Positions 50,425 through 60,439 of a stretch of DNA of 64,000 nt are shown here, piece by piece; position 1 is the first letter of the stretch, and every line of letters starts with the position of its first letter. The position numbers and the translations under genes are program-made. The notes beneath the pieces were generated by a model. It was not told where the DNA came from and searched no databases. It worked only from the letters and a program-made list of their open reading frames with translations. Source of the stretch: Gammaproteobacteria bacterium (GTDB taxonomy: Bacteria; Pseudomonadota; Gammaproteobacteria; Ga0077536); the NCBI GenBank assembly GCA_963662545.2, contig CAXXLL010000002.1:1152001-1216000 (forward strand). The letters run 5' to 3'.

Positions 50425-52121
50425 GTGTGCATCCCTAAACGCGATGCGGTTGAAATAAAAAGGAAAATTTGTCGCTTAAGGGATCGAAACCTCCGGTAGG
50501 TCGTGATCTAATGGAACTTCAAACCTCTGATTTTCCACACAATCATCGACACCACAGGAGGGGGAATGCGTCAGAAACGCACGGCCCAAGCGAGTATATA
50601 CGAGCTGTTTGCTGACCATGACCTGGGGCGAGAGCTGCAGGGCATGTCCGAGTGGCTCGATGCTCACCCCAAGGTCCTCACGCCGGTCATGAACGATCTG
50701 TGTCGGCGGGGTTTGAAGCCCACCGGTCGACGCGGACTGTCGGCGGAGTCGGTGCTGCGCTGCGCGGTGCTCAAGCAGCACCGGCAATTGAGTTACGAGG
50801 AGCTGGCCTTTCACCTGCAGGACTCGGCGAGCTTTCAGGCCTTCGCCCGGTTGCCGGGTAATGAACGTCCGAAGAAGTCTGCCTTACAGCGGGTGGTCTC
50901 GGCGATCCAGGTATCGACGTGGGAGTCTATTCATCGCGCCCTGCTGGCGACGGCGAAAGAGACGCGCATTGAGCCGGCACAGCGTGTACGGATTGATAGC
51001 ACGGTAACGGACAGTGCCATCCACGCGCCGAGCGACAGTCATCTGCTGTGGGATGGCGTGCGTGTTGTGGTTCGTCTGCTCGCACAGGCGCGCGAGTTGC
51101 CTGGCGCGCCGGAGTTGTGCTTCGTGAACCACACTCGATTGGCGAAGAAGCGTGCGCGGGCGCTGTGGTATGCGCGTGGTGCGAAGCAACGCCAACGTCT
51201 GTATCGCGATTTGATTGGGGCGACGCGTTCAACCTTGGAAGCGGTAGCGAGGGTACGTGAGCAGCTGCTGAGCCCGGGCGTCACCGGCGTTGAACTGCCG
51301 GACTGGCTAGCGCAGGTAGCGCACTACGAAACACTTGTTCTGCAGGTGATTTCGCAAACTGAGCGGCGGGTGTTCGGCGGTGAGAAGGTCCCCGCGAGCG
51401 AGAAGTGCGTGAGCTTGTTCGAGCCGCATACCGACATCATCATAAAGGGTGCGCGCGACGTTCAGTACGGACACAAAATCAATCTGGCTTCGGGGCGCAG
51501 TGGCCTCATCCTCGACGTGGTCATCGAGCGAGGCAATCCGGTCGATAGTCAGCGCTTCATGCCGATGCTCGAACGGCATCGAACACACTACGGGACGATG
51601 CCACGACAGGTCGCCGCCGATGGCGGCTATGCGAGCCTCGACAATCTCCGGGCGGCGAAAGCAGAAGGCATCGAAGACGTTGCCTTCCACAAGAAGCGCG
51701 GGCTCGCGATCGCCGACATGGTCAAGAGTCAGTGGGTCTATCGACGCTTGCGCAACTTCCGCGCCGGCATCGAGGCCGGTATCTCCTGCCTGAAGCGTGC
51801 ATACGGATTGGCACGTTGCACCTGGAAGAGCCTGCCGCACTTCGAAGCCTACGTGTGGTCTTCTGTGGTCGCCTACAACCTCAGCCTGCTCGCGCGCTAT
51901 CAACTCGAATAGCGACGTTCACTCGCACTAACTGACCTCCTCGATATCGTCGAACGGGCGACTTTGGGTTGCAGCGCTCTGCGGCCGGCGAACGTACTCA
52001 CAATTACGCTCGAAGAGCCCTTCGACCCCCACCGAACCGCCGCTACCGCTCCAACAACCTACTTTCAACACCTCGATTTCTCCGTGCCCATCGAAGAAAA
52101 TGCCTGTTTATGGACGGACAC
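50425..52121 (+). mobile_element. ISNCY/IS5-like element, intact transposase 50566-51912
   Basis: RIDSTV, SLFEPHTDII, AADGGYAS, FRAGIEAGISCLKR; IRs GTGTGCATCCCTAAAC / GTTTATGGACGGACAC; TAATTA direct repeats at 50419-50424 and 52122-52127. Confidence 0.9.
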
Positions 52122-53386
52122 TAATTAAGCGGATGCAATCGCACCGGTAGTTCGCTGTAACCGCGAATAAAATTCGAGCATAGCCGTACCGGTTTCCCGA
52201 CGAGCTCGACATAGCGGAATCGTCGCATGATTTCCTCCCAGGTAAGTCTAAGCTGCATCTCGGCCACGCGGTTGCCCATGCAGCGATGAATGCCAAACCC
52301 GAAGGAAAGGTGGTGGCGTGCCCCTTCGCGATCGATGATCAAGTTATTAGGATCGCGAATAACCTCCGCGTCGCGGTTACCCGATATGTACCACATCACG
52401 ACTTTCTCATCTTTGCCGATGCGCTGGCCGCCGAGTTCAGTATCCCGCGTCGCACGGCGGCGCATGTGCACTATAGGAGTCTGCCAGCGAATCATTTCAG
52501 AGACCATATTCGGGATGAGTGAGGGATTGTCTCGCAGCTTTTCGTATTCGGCGGGAAACTGGTTCAGCGCGACAACGCCACCGGAAATTGAATTTCGCGT
52601 GGTGTCGTTACCGCCGACAATGAGGAGAATAAGCGTGCCCAAAAAGTCCATCGGCCGTGTAATCAGATCGCGTGTGCCCTCGGCATGGGCGAGCATTGAG
52701 ATGAGGTCGTTAGTGGGAGGCCGGTCGGCGCGTTCTTGCCACAGTGCGGCGAATGTTTCAATGCACTCGCCGAGCTCAATGCGCCGCTGTTCCTCGGTAA
52801 TTTTGAATGATCCTGTTAGTTCGGGCGTTGCGATCGCGATGTCGGACCAGTGGGTCAGTTTGCGTCTGTCTTCGAACGGAAAGTCGAACAAGGTCGCCAG
52901 CATTTGTGTAGTCAGTTCGATCGAGACGCGGTCGACCCAATCAAAGGTCTCCCCGAGTGGTAAATCGTCGAGGATCAATTGCACTCTTTCGCGGATGACC
53001 GGCTCCAGCGCCTTGAGATTCATCGGAGCGACCACGCCCTGGACGGCACCGCGTTCTCTTTCGTGGCGCGGCGGATCCATGGCTATGAAACTTTGAAGTT
53101 CGAAGTCCTCCGGCTGATCGGACAGCAAAATATTGGGTTCTGAGGAAAATATTTCATGGTTCTTCTCGACCTCGACAATGTCGTTAAACCGAGTCACGGA
53201 CCAGTAAGGCCCGAACGTACTATCGGCACAATAGTGCACGGGCGCTTCAGCACGCAGGCGCGCAAAAAACGGCCAGTGAGCATCGTTCTCATACAATTCC
53301 GCCTGGCTAACATCGATTTGAGCGAGCGGTACCTGACTGGGGTCGAGGTCAATCATGCGTGGCTTATTGTCGGCAAGTGCACCCAT
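52121..53386 (-). CDS. Cytochrome P450, CYP153 (alkane hydroxylase) family
   Basis: FIAMDPPRH, LLIVGGNDTTRNS, HLSFGFGIHRCMGNR. Confidence 0.92.
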   Translation of the reverse strand: MGALADNKPRMIDLDPSQVPLAQIDVSQAELYENDAHWPFFARLRAEAPVHYCADSTFGPYWSVTRFNDIVEVEKNHEIFSSEPNILLSDQPEDFELQSFIAMDPPRHERERGAVQGVVAPMNLKALEPVIRERVQLILDDLPLGETFDWVDRVSIELTTQMLATLFDFPFEDRRKLTHWSDIAIATPELTGSFKITEEQRRIELGECIETFAALWQERADRPPTNDLISMLAHAEGTRDLITRPMDFLGTLILLIVGGNDTTRNSISGGVVALNQFPAEYEKLRDNPSLIPNMVSEMIRWQTPIVHMRRRATRDTELGGQRIGKDEKVVMWYISGNRDAEVIRDPNNLIIDREGARHHLSFGFGIHRCMGNRVAEMQLRLTWEEIMRRFRYVELVGKPVRLCSNFIRGYSELPVRLHPLN

Positions 53387-53432
53387 GTAAATTACTCCGG
53401 GTCGTGCATCCTATTTGAAATATGGTCAGTGA

Positions 53433-53753
53433 TTACATTTGAAATTCGGGTAGACGCGCGACGAGGCCATCCAATTCGCCGCGTATCTCAATTTGGCAGG
53501 CGAGGCGGGAGGTCGGCGCTCGCTCGGGCGTGAGTTCGAGCATCGATCCCTCGGACGTACTGGGTTCGCCAACCTTGTCGTACCATTCCTCGGCGACAAT
53601 GATATGACAGGTGGCACAGGAACATTCGCCGCCGCAATCGGCATCGATCCCAGGCACCCCATTGTTAACGGCGGCCTGCATCAGCGACAAGCCGTTCTCG
53701 GCTTCAACTGCGTGTTCACTACCATCGTGTTCGATGAAAAGAATCTGCGTCAT
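53433..53753 (-). CDS. 2Fe-2S ferredoxin (putidaredoxin type)
   Basis: CGGECSCATCH and SRLACQ. Confidence 0.92.
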   Translation of the reverse strand: MTQILFIEHDGSEHAVEAENGLSLMQAAVNNGVPGIDADCGGECSCATCHIIVAEEWYDKVGEPSTSEGSMLELTPERAPTSRLACQIEIRGELDGLVARLPEFQM

Positions 53754-54084
53754 AGCTGATATTTCTCTCGGGTATGGTGAAGCCGATGTAGGCGATATTT
53801 TAGAGGTGAATCGCAATGCAGGCCAAATTTGTGGCCGTCCCAATGATTCACTACATTGAATCGCCGAAGCGTTCCCAGTCGCTTCCATCTCGACGCTACT
53901 TAAGCGTTCATGCAGCGGCCCAGACTGGGCGACGGCGGACCGTTGATCGCGGCTGTGCCCATACCCGGCGCCCGGCCGTTATTTGGCAGCGTTTTGGCTA
54001 TATCGGGGTCGTACATCGGCAAAGGAAGGTTGACGCAAATAGTCGATAAGCTGCCGCCGGCACCCGAACGGTGCGCAGCCGACT

Positions 54085-54115
54085 CCCGGATTCCGCTCCG
54101 CTTCATCCGGGCTAC
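54085..54115 (-). repeat. Second GTAG-type REP family, single copy
   Basis: Minus strand GTAGCCCGGATGAAGCGGAGCGGAATCCGGG. Confidence 0.65.
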
Positions 54116-54164
54116 GCGAGATGGACCGTATCCTTGCGGATCGAATTGCTATGATTGATACGCG

Positions 54165-55457
54165 ATGGCCAAACAGATCCATCTTTCTGCGTTCAATCAT
54201 TTTTCTCCGGCACCGCACATGCCGTTGTCGTGGATCTATCCGCGCGAGAAGATCACGCATTACTGGTATGAACCGGAATACTGGGAATCGGTCGCCCGTA
54301 CGCTAGAACGCGGCCGCTTCGACATGCTTTTTTTCGCCGATAGCCTGCACGGTGGCGCCTCCGACGATCAGATCCGGTACGCCATTCAATTTCCAACCCA
54401 TGATCCCGTGTCGCTGATAACCTACTTGTCCGGTATCGCCAAAACGCTCGGCTTTGCGGTGACGATGTCGACGACGTTCTACCCGCCGTTTTTCCTGGCG
54501 CGAACGTTAGCAACGCTCGATCACCTCACCAAGGGACGCATCGGTTGGAATATCGTGTCCTCGCATTCGTCAGGCGAAGCGCGAAATTTCGGCATGGACG
54601 AACTGCCGGCCCATGACGAGCGTTATGACCGCGCGGACGAGTACATGGAAGCCTGTTATGCGCTCTGGAACAGTTGGGAAGACGACGCGGTAGTCATGGA
54701 CATGGAAGGCAAGGTGTTCGCCGATCCGGCGAAGGTGCACCGCGTTGATTTCGTGGGGAAGTGGTACAAGACACAGGGGCCCTTTACGGTCATCCCGTCA
54801 CCGCGGCGCCGTCCGTTTCTGTTTCAAGCCGGCCAATCCGAGCGCGGCAAAGCGTTCGCCGCCCGCCATGCCGAGGGAATTTTCGGCGCTGCCCGGGGCA
54901 CGAAACAGATGCGTGCCTACTGCGAGGATCTAGCGGCACGCCGGGAGGCGCTCGGCCGCGATCCAGCCGAGATCCCTATTTTCTGGGCCGGACAACCGAT
55001 CGTCGCCGCAACCGAGGCCGAAGCGCGCGATCGCTACGCCGAGATCCGCGCGCGTATCCCGCTCGAAGCCTCGCTGGCGCAGATGTCCATGCACTGGGGC
55101 ATCGAATGCGCGGACTACGATATCGATCTGCCCGTCACCGATCTGGAAGTCCCCGGCACTCGGGGCCTGTTCGAAATTTATCAAAAGTCCGATCCCAAGA
55201 TCACGTTGCGCGATATTGCCAAGAGTTATCTCTCCGGCAGCGACAAGAATCCGCTCATTGGCACCCCGGACCAGGTCGCCGATGCGATGCAATATCTCTT
55301 GGAGGAGGGCGGCGGCAATGGATTTCAAATCTCGCCGCCGTACTATGCGCCGGACTATTATGCGGATCTGGTGGATCAACTCATCCCGGTCCTGCAAAAA
55401 CGCGGTATCTACCGTGATGATTACAATGGCAGTACTTTGCGAGAACACCTCGCATAA
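54165..55457 (+). CDS. NtaA/DmoA family FMN-dependent monooxygenase
   Basis: LERGRFDMLFFADS, LDHLTKGRIGWNIVSS, FQAGQSERG, LQKRG. Confidence 0.9.
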   Translation: MAKQIHLSAFNHFSPAPHMPLSWIYPREKITHYWYEPEYWESVARTLERGRFDMLFFADSLHGGASDDQIRYAIQFPTHDPVSLITYLSGIAKTLGFAVTMSTTFYPPFFLARTLATLDHLTKGRIGWNIVSSHSSGEARNFGMDELPAHDERYDRADEYMEACYALWNSWEDDAVVMDMEGKVFADPAKVHRVDFVGKWYKTQGPFTVIPSPRRRPFLFQAGQSERGKAFAARHAEGIFGAARGTKQMRAYCEDLAARREALGRDPAEIPIFWAGQPIVAATEAEARDRYAEIRARIPLEASLAQMSMHWGIECADYDIDLPVTDLEVPGTRGLFEIYQKSDPKITLRDIAKSYLSGSDKNPLIGTPDQVADAMQYLLEEGGGNGFQISPPYYAPDYYADLVDQLIPVLQKRGIYRDDYNGSTLREHLA

Positions 55458-55476
55458 ATAACAAGAGCACGTCCCA

Positions 55477-57564
55477 ATGGCGAGAATAGGTGTAGATGTC
55501 GGCGGCACGTTTACCGATTTGATCCTCGAGTCCGGTGCGAAAAATGATCGCGCCGTATTCGTTCACAAGGTTCCGAGCACCACAAGCGATCAATCGATCG
55601 GCGTCGTGCAGGGCATCCTGGAGCTGTGCGAAATCGGTGGGATTAAGCCTGGCGACATCGACCTCATCGTGCACGGCACGACCATCGCGACCAACATCGT
55701 GATCGAACATGCGGGCGCTGAAGTCGGCATGCTGACGACGCGCGGCTACCGTGACATCCTGCATCTCGCCCGCCACAAACGGCCGCATAATTTTTCGCTT
55801 CAATTCGAATTGCCGTGGCAGAAACATCCGCTGGTCAAGCGCCGTAACCGGATCCCCATTACCGAACGCGTGATGCCGCCGGATGGCCGCATCGAAGTGC
55901 CGCTCGCCGAGGACGAGGTCCGTAGCGCCGCAGAGCTGTTGAAAACGCGTAACGTCGATGCCGTAATCGTCGGTTTCTTATTCTCGTTTCTCAACGACGC
56001 GCACGAACAGCGCGCCAAGGCCATTGTGCAGGAAATTCTGCCGGATACTTATGTCAATTGCTCGTCGGAGGTAGTGAACGTACTGCGCGAATACGAACGC
56101 TTTTCAACCGCGGCCATGAACGGCTACATCGGACCGAGCACCGCGCGCTATCTACGCAACCTCGAGCGAACCCTCAGCAGTCGCGATATCACCGCGCCTC
56201 TGCGTCTCATGCAATCGAACGGCGGTATTGCGACGGTCGCCACCGGTTCGGATAAACCTGTGACGATTTTGATGTCGGGTCCCGCCGGTGGTGTGATCGG
56301 CGGTAAATGGGCTGGCGAGCGCGCCCAAGAGACGAACCTCATCACCGTCGACATCGGCGGCACCTCGGCCGATATCAGTGTCATTCCCGAGGGCCGGTTA
56401 CGCGTCAAAAATCCGCGCGATACCGAGGTCAACGGCTATCCGGTATTGGTCCCCATGATCGACATTACGACCATTGGCGCCGGTGGCGGATCGATCGCCT
56501 ACATCGACGAAGGGGGCGCGTTTCGCGTCGGCCCGCGCTCGGCCGGCGCGGATCCCGGGCCCGCCTGCTATGCGCGCGGCGGCTCCTTGCCGACGGTCAC
56601 CGATGCCCAGGTCGCGCTCGGGCGCTTGGATCCCGAACATTTTCTCGGCGGCGATCTGCACATCGACGCGGCGCTTGCGACGGCGGCGATCAAGGATCAT
56701 CTATGCGCCAAACTCGATATGTCGGTGCTTGACGCGGCGCTCGGGGTCATTCGCGTGATCAACTCGAACATGGCGCTGGCGATCCGCGCGAATTCCGTCG
56801 CCCGCGGCATCGATCCCCGCGAGTTCGCCTTGATGCCGTTTGGCGGCGCCGGCCCCTTGCATGCGGTCGCCTTGGCGAGCGCGGTCGCGGCGCGCGAGAT
56901 CATCGTGCCGCCCGCCCCCGGCATCACGGCGGCCATGGGACTATTAGCCGCGGACATGCAGTATGAATTCACGCGCTCGACGCTCGCTGTGCTGACTGAC
57001 GGGGATGCAGACGATCTAGCGCGATTGAACCAAAATTTTGACGACCTCTTAGCGCAGGCGCGCGCGGCACTCGCCGCTGATGGCGTGCCCGATGAGCAAC
57101 AGCGTTTTCAACGCCTCGTCGAGTGCCGTTACCAAGGCCAGGGGTTTGAACTGCGCGCCGAAGTGCCCGACGCGGTCATTTCGGTGGATAACTTACAAGT
57201 GATCGTCGATAATTTTCACGCCGCGCACCGAGCGGATTACGGACATAGTTTCGAGTCCACCCCGATTGAAGTGATCACTTTACGGGTCGTCGGTTACGCG
57301 CCCAGCGATCGATTGTCGTGGCCCGATAGGACAAATAGCGGCGGCGATGTGGCTGACGCATTGCTGTATACGCGCCCGACGACCTTCGACAATGGCCAGA
57401 CGCTCGATACCCCGCGCTACGAACGCGCACGACTGAGCGCCGGGCAGACCATCGTGGGCCCCGCCATTATCGTGCAGCACAATTCAACCTCGCTGATCCC
57501 GCCGGGTTACGACGCGTCTGTGAAGGCAAGCGACAACATCCACATTCTCGAGAAGAGGGTTTAG
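55477..57564 (+). CDS. Hydantoinase/oxoprolinase family subunit A
   Basis: GVDVGGTFTD, HGTTIATN, SGPAGG, DIGGTS, GAGGGSIA. Confidence 0.92.
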   Translation: MARIGVDVGGTFTDLILESGAKNDRAVFVHKVPSTTSDQSIGVVQGILELCEIGGIKPGDIDLIVHGTTIATNIVIEHAGAEVGMLTTRGYRDILHLARHKRPHNFSLQFELPWQKHPLVKRRNRIPITERVMPPDGRIEVPLAEDEVRSAAELLKTRNVDAVIVGFLFSFLNDAHEQRAKAIVQEILPDTYVNCSSEVVNVLREYERFSTAAMNGYIGPSTARYLRNLERTLSSRDITAPLRLMQSNGGIATVATGSDKPVTILMSGPAGGVIGGKWAGERAQETNLITVDIGGTSADISVIPEGRLRVKNPRDTEVNGYPVLVPMIDITTIGAGGGSIAYIDEGGAFRVGPRSAGADPGPACYARGGSLPTVTDAQVALGRLDPEHFLGGDLHIDAALATAAIKDHLCAKLDMSVLDAALGVIRVINSNMALAIRANSVARGIDPREFALMPFGGAGPLHAVALASAVAAREIIVPPAPGITAAMGLLAADMQYEFTRSTLAVLTDGDADDLARLNQNFDDLLAQARAALAADGVPDEQQRFQRLVECRYQGQGFELRAEVPDAVISVDNLQVIVDNFHAAHRADYGHSFESTPIEVITLRVVGYAPSDRLSWPDRTNSGGDVADALLYTRPTTFDNGQTLDTPRYERARLSAGQTIVGPAIIVQHNSTSLIPPGYDASVKASDNIHILEKRV

Positions 57565-57567
57565 GCA

Positions 57568-59334
57568 ATGACAGTTAGTGACATCGATCCCATCACCCTG
57601 CAAGTCATTGGTGGTGCTTTGGATACCATTGCCAAGGAAATGGGGCACGTGCTCTACCGCATGTCCTATTCGTCGATCATTCGTGAATCGCAGGATCTCG
57701 GCGCCGGCCTGTTCGACGCCGATTTCAATACGCTGTGTGAATCGGATTCGACGCCGATGCACATCGGTTCATTGCCCGGTTACCTGCGCGGCATCAAAGA
57801 CACTTTGCACGGCGACTGGCGCCCCGGCGATATCGTGATCCATAACCATCCCTATCACGGCGCCAGCCACTCGCCGGACATCGCCATCGTCGCACCGGTA
57901 TTCTTTGATGGTGAACTCGTCGCATTCTCAGCCAACACGGCGCATCACGTTGACATCGGCGCCGCAACGCCGGGCCTCATCATCGACGTGCCGGACGTCT
58001 ATGGCGAAGGCATGTTGTTCAAGGGTTTGAAACTCTATGATGAAGGCAAACTTAACCGTGCACTGTGGCAGTTCATTGAGACCAATACACGCGCACCCGG
58101 ACAGGTGATGGGTGATCTGGAAGCCCAAATCGCTTCAGCTGAGCTCGGCGTGCGTCGCTTTAATGAAATGCTCGAAACCTACGGTAAGGACACCGTGACA
58201 ACGGCGTGTAATCAACTGATGGACTACTCGGAGACCATGCTACGCCGCCAGATCGCGGCCATTCCGGACGGCGAATATACCGCCGAAGGCTTTCTCGATG
58301 ACGATGGGCGTAATCGCGGCGTGACTTTACCGTTGAAGGTCACCGTGCGCGTCAAAGGGGATGGGGTGGAAGTCGATCTGACCGGATCGGCGGATCAAAC
58401 GCCGACCGCTTTCAACGTGCCGTTTGAAGGCTCGACCAAGGTCGCCTGTTATTACGCGTTTCGCGCCCTCCTGCTCGATACCTACACAACGCCGGAATAC
58501 ATTCCCCAAAATGAAGGGTCGTTTCGCCCGATAAAGGTCACGGCGCCCAAGGGCAGCATCTTTAATCCGATCTTTCCGGTCGCCGCTGAAGCACGGTTTG
58601 CGCCCATCCAGCGGGTCGTCGATTGCATCATCAAGGCCTTAGCGCCCGTCGTGCCGAACAACGTGACCGCCGGCAATTCGGCTTCACTATCGTTCGGCGC
58701 GTATTCCGGATTGCGGGAGAACGGCGACATCTGGGTCTTTCTCGAGGTCAACGAGGGGTCTTATGGCGGCCGCCCGGCATCCGACGGTCCGGATTCCATC
58801 GACAACCTGCTCGCGAATACCCGCAACAATCCGATCGAAGATCTCGGCATGCATTTGCCGCTGATCTGCGACCGCTACGAATTGCGCGACGACGTGCTAC
58901 CCGCGCCCGGTAAGTTCCGCGGTGGTATCGGGGTCGTGAAAACACAGCGGTTTATCCACGGCGGCGTCATGACCCACGAGGCCGACCGTCACGAGGATCG
59001 GCCTTGGGGGATTCATGCGGGACATGCCGGTCACGGCGGCCGCGTGTTTCGTTATAACGTTGACAGTCCAGACGAACGTGAGGCCTTACCCGCAAAATTC
59101 TCCGGACTCATTACGGTAAGCGGCGACTGCATCGAGATCCATACGCCCTGCGGCGGTGGTTTCGGCGATCCGCTCGACCGCGACCCGGAAAGCGTGCGCG
59201 CGGATGTACTCGATGATTTCTCCACTGTCGAGCAGGCGTTCGACGCCTACGGCGTGGTGCTGGATGATGCCCTCAACGTCGATGAGGCCGAAACCGAAGC
59301 GCGTCGCGCTGAGCTTAAACGGCGCGTGGCTTAG
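57568..59334 (+). CDS. Hydantoinase B/oxoprolinase family subunit
   Basis: DPITLQV, SSIIRE..D, HSPD, AHHVDIG, GGGFGDPLDRD. Confidence 0.92.
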   Translation: MTVSDIDPITLQVIGGALDTIAKEMGHVLYRMSYSSIIRESQDLGAGLFDADFNTLCESDSTPMHIGSLPGYLRGIKDTLHGDWRPGDIVIHNHPYHGASHSPDIAIVAPVFFDGELVAFSANTAHHVDIGAATPGLIIDVPDVYGEGMLFKGLKLYDEGKLNRALWQFIETNTRAPGQVMGDLEAQIASAELGVRRFNEMLETYGKDTVTTACNQLMDYSETMLRRQIAAIPDGEYTAEGFLDDDGRNRGVTLPLKVTVRVKGDGVEVDLTGSADQTPTAFNVPFEGSTKVACYYAFRALLLDTYTTPEYIPQNEGSFRPIKVTAPKGSIFNPIFPVAAEARFAPIQRVVDCIIKALAPVVPNNVTAGNSASLSFGAYSGLRENGDIWVFLEVNEGSYGGRPASDGPDSIDNLLANTRNNPIEDLGMHLPLICDRYELRDDVLPAPGKFRGGIGVVKTQRFIHGGVMTHEADRHEDRPWGIHAGHAGHGGRVFRYNVDSPDEREALPAKFSGLITVSGDCIEIHTPCGGGFGDPLDRDPESVRADVLDDFSTVEQAFDAYGVVLDDALNVDEAETEARRAELKRRVA

Positions 59335-60187
59335 AAGAAATGCGGGATGGAGGGTAAAAAGTTCCGGGTTTATTTTCCCTGCCCCGCCGAGCGATGAAGC
59401 CCAGACCGGCAATGGCCGACATGAAGAGCGGGAGCGCTGCGGGGATGGGGATAGGAGAAGCGTTGAGAAACTGGTCGGCTGTCAGGATGACATCGGAGAT
59501 ACGGAGTTCGTCAAGAAGACCGACGTACTTAAAGCTCGAATTGGCGCGAGACCCAATGAACAAGGTGGCGTCAAGGAAGGACGGAAATCCGCCGGGTGAG
59601 CCTACGCTAAGGTATGTACCTACATCAGCCCCATCGACGAAGAGTGTAATTCGGTCTGTAAAGCTCTCGGACCCATCGATCGTCACAGCGATATGGTGCC
59701 ATTCGTCATCGAGGACATCGGTGGTTGATTTTTCGAGATAAGCTTGTAAAGCCGCTCCCGTACGTTGATATCCCTCTATGACATTCGGCGCACCGAAGGT
59801 ATCGTTGATGGCGGAGCCGAAGCTTCCGGCTACATTGGTAAGTCCGTGTTCCACAACAATAGCAAGAGAGGACTGCGTCGACTTTATGAACCACTCGACC
59901 GTTAGGTCTGTCAATCCACTCAGATCCAACGTGGCAGTCGTGCTGAACAGGTGGGCCCCGTTGAAGCTGGCGCTGCCAACGCCCGGCGCATTGGTGGCGA
60001 CATCACCCGACGATGCGACTCCCGAGTTGGTTAGCGAATTGGAACCGGCAGAGTCGACTGTGACCGCCCCTGGTTCGAACTGCCAGTACGCGACCACGGC
60101 TGCGCTGGCCACTCTCGGTGCAAGGGTAACCATCGCGAGGAGGATTATGCGGCCCGTTAGCCGAATTAGGTGACGATGATTGGTCAT
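59315..60187 (-). CDS. LamG-like domain protein with VPLPA/PEP-CTERM-type sorting signal
   Basis: Signal peptide, LTVEWFIK, WHHIAVT, GLLDELRIS, PIPIPAALPLF-TM-RR. Confidence 0.8.
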   Translation of the reverse strand: MTNHRHLIRLTGRIILLAMVTLAPRVASAAVVAYWQFEPGAVTVDSAGSNSLTNSGVASSGDVATNAPGVGSASFNGAHLFSTTATLDLSGLTDLTVEWFIKSTQSSLAIVVEHGLTNVAGSFGSAINDTFGAPNVIEGYQRTGAALQAYLEKSTTDVLDDEWHHIAVTIDGSESFTDRITLFVDGADVGTYLSVGSPGGFPSFLDATLFIGSRANSSFKYVGLLDELRISDVILTADQFLNASPIPIPAALPLFMSAIAGLGFIARRGRENKPGTFYPPSRISSKPRAV

Positions 60188-60306
60188 AGCTCCACCTACC
60201 CAGTGTACGTATTTTGCTTCCTTGTCGGCCAGAATTCTAATCAGGCTGAAGTGTACATCAAGCGCTGTTCGTCGAGGCCTGGCCTAAACGAAACGGGGTG
60301 AGGAAC

Positions 60307-60349
60307 CGGGGTCAGATCTTGCCTTTTGCTGACGCAAGATCTGACCCCG
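60307..60349. repeat. Perfect 16-bp inverted repeat (REP-like)
   Basis: CGGGGTCAGATCTTGC ... GCAAGATCTGACCCCG. Confidence 0.7.
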
Positions 60350-60439
60350 ATTCCTGACCGGCTGCAAGTGGGTCGATTCCTCTGTATTGTCTCGAACCGT
60401 TCAGGCGAACTTCTTACTTTCCAATCCTCTTAAGCCACC

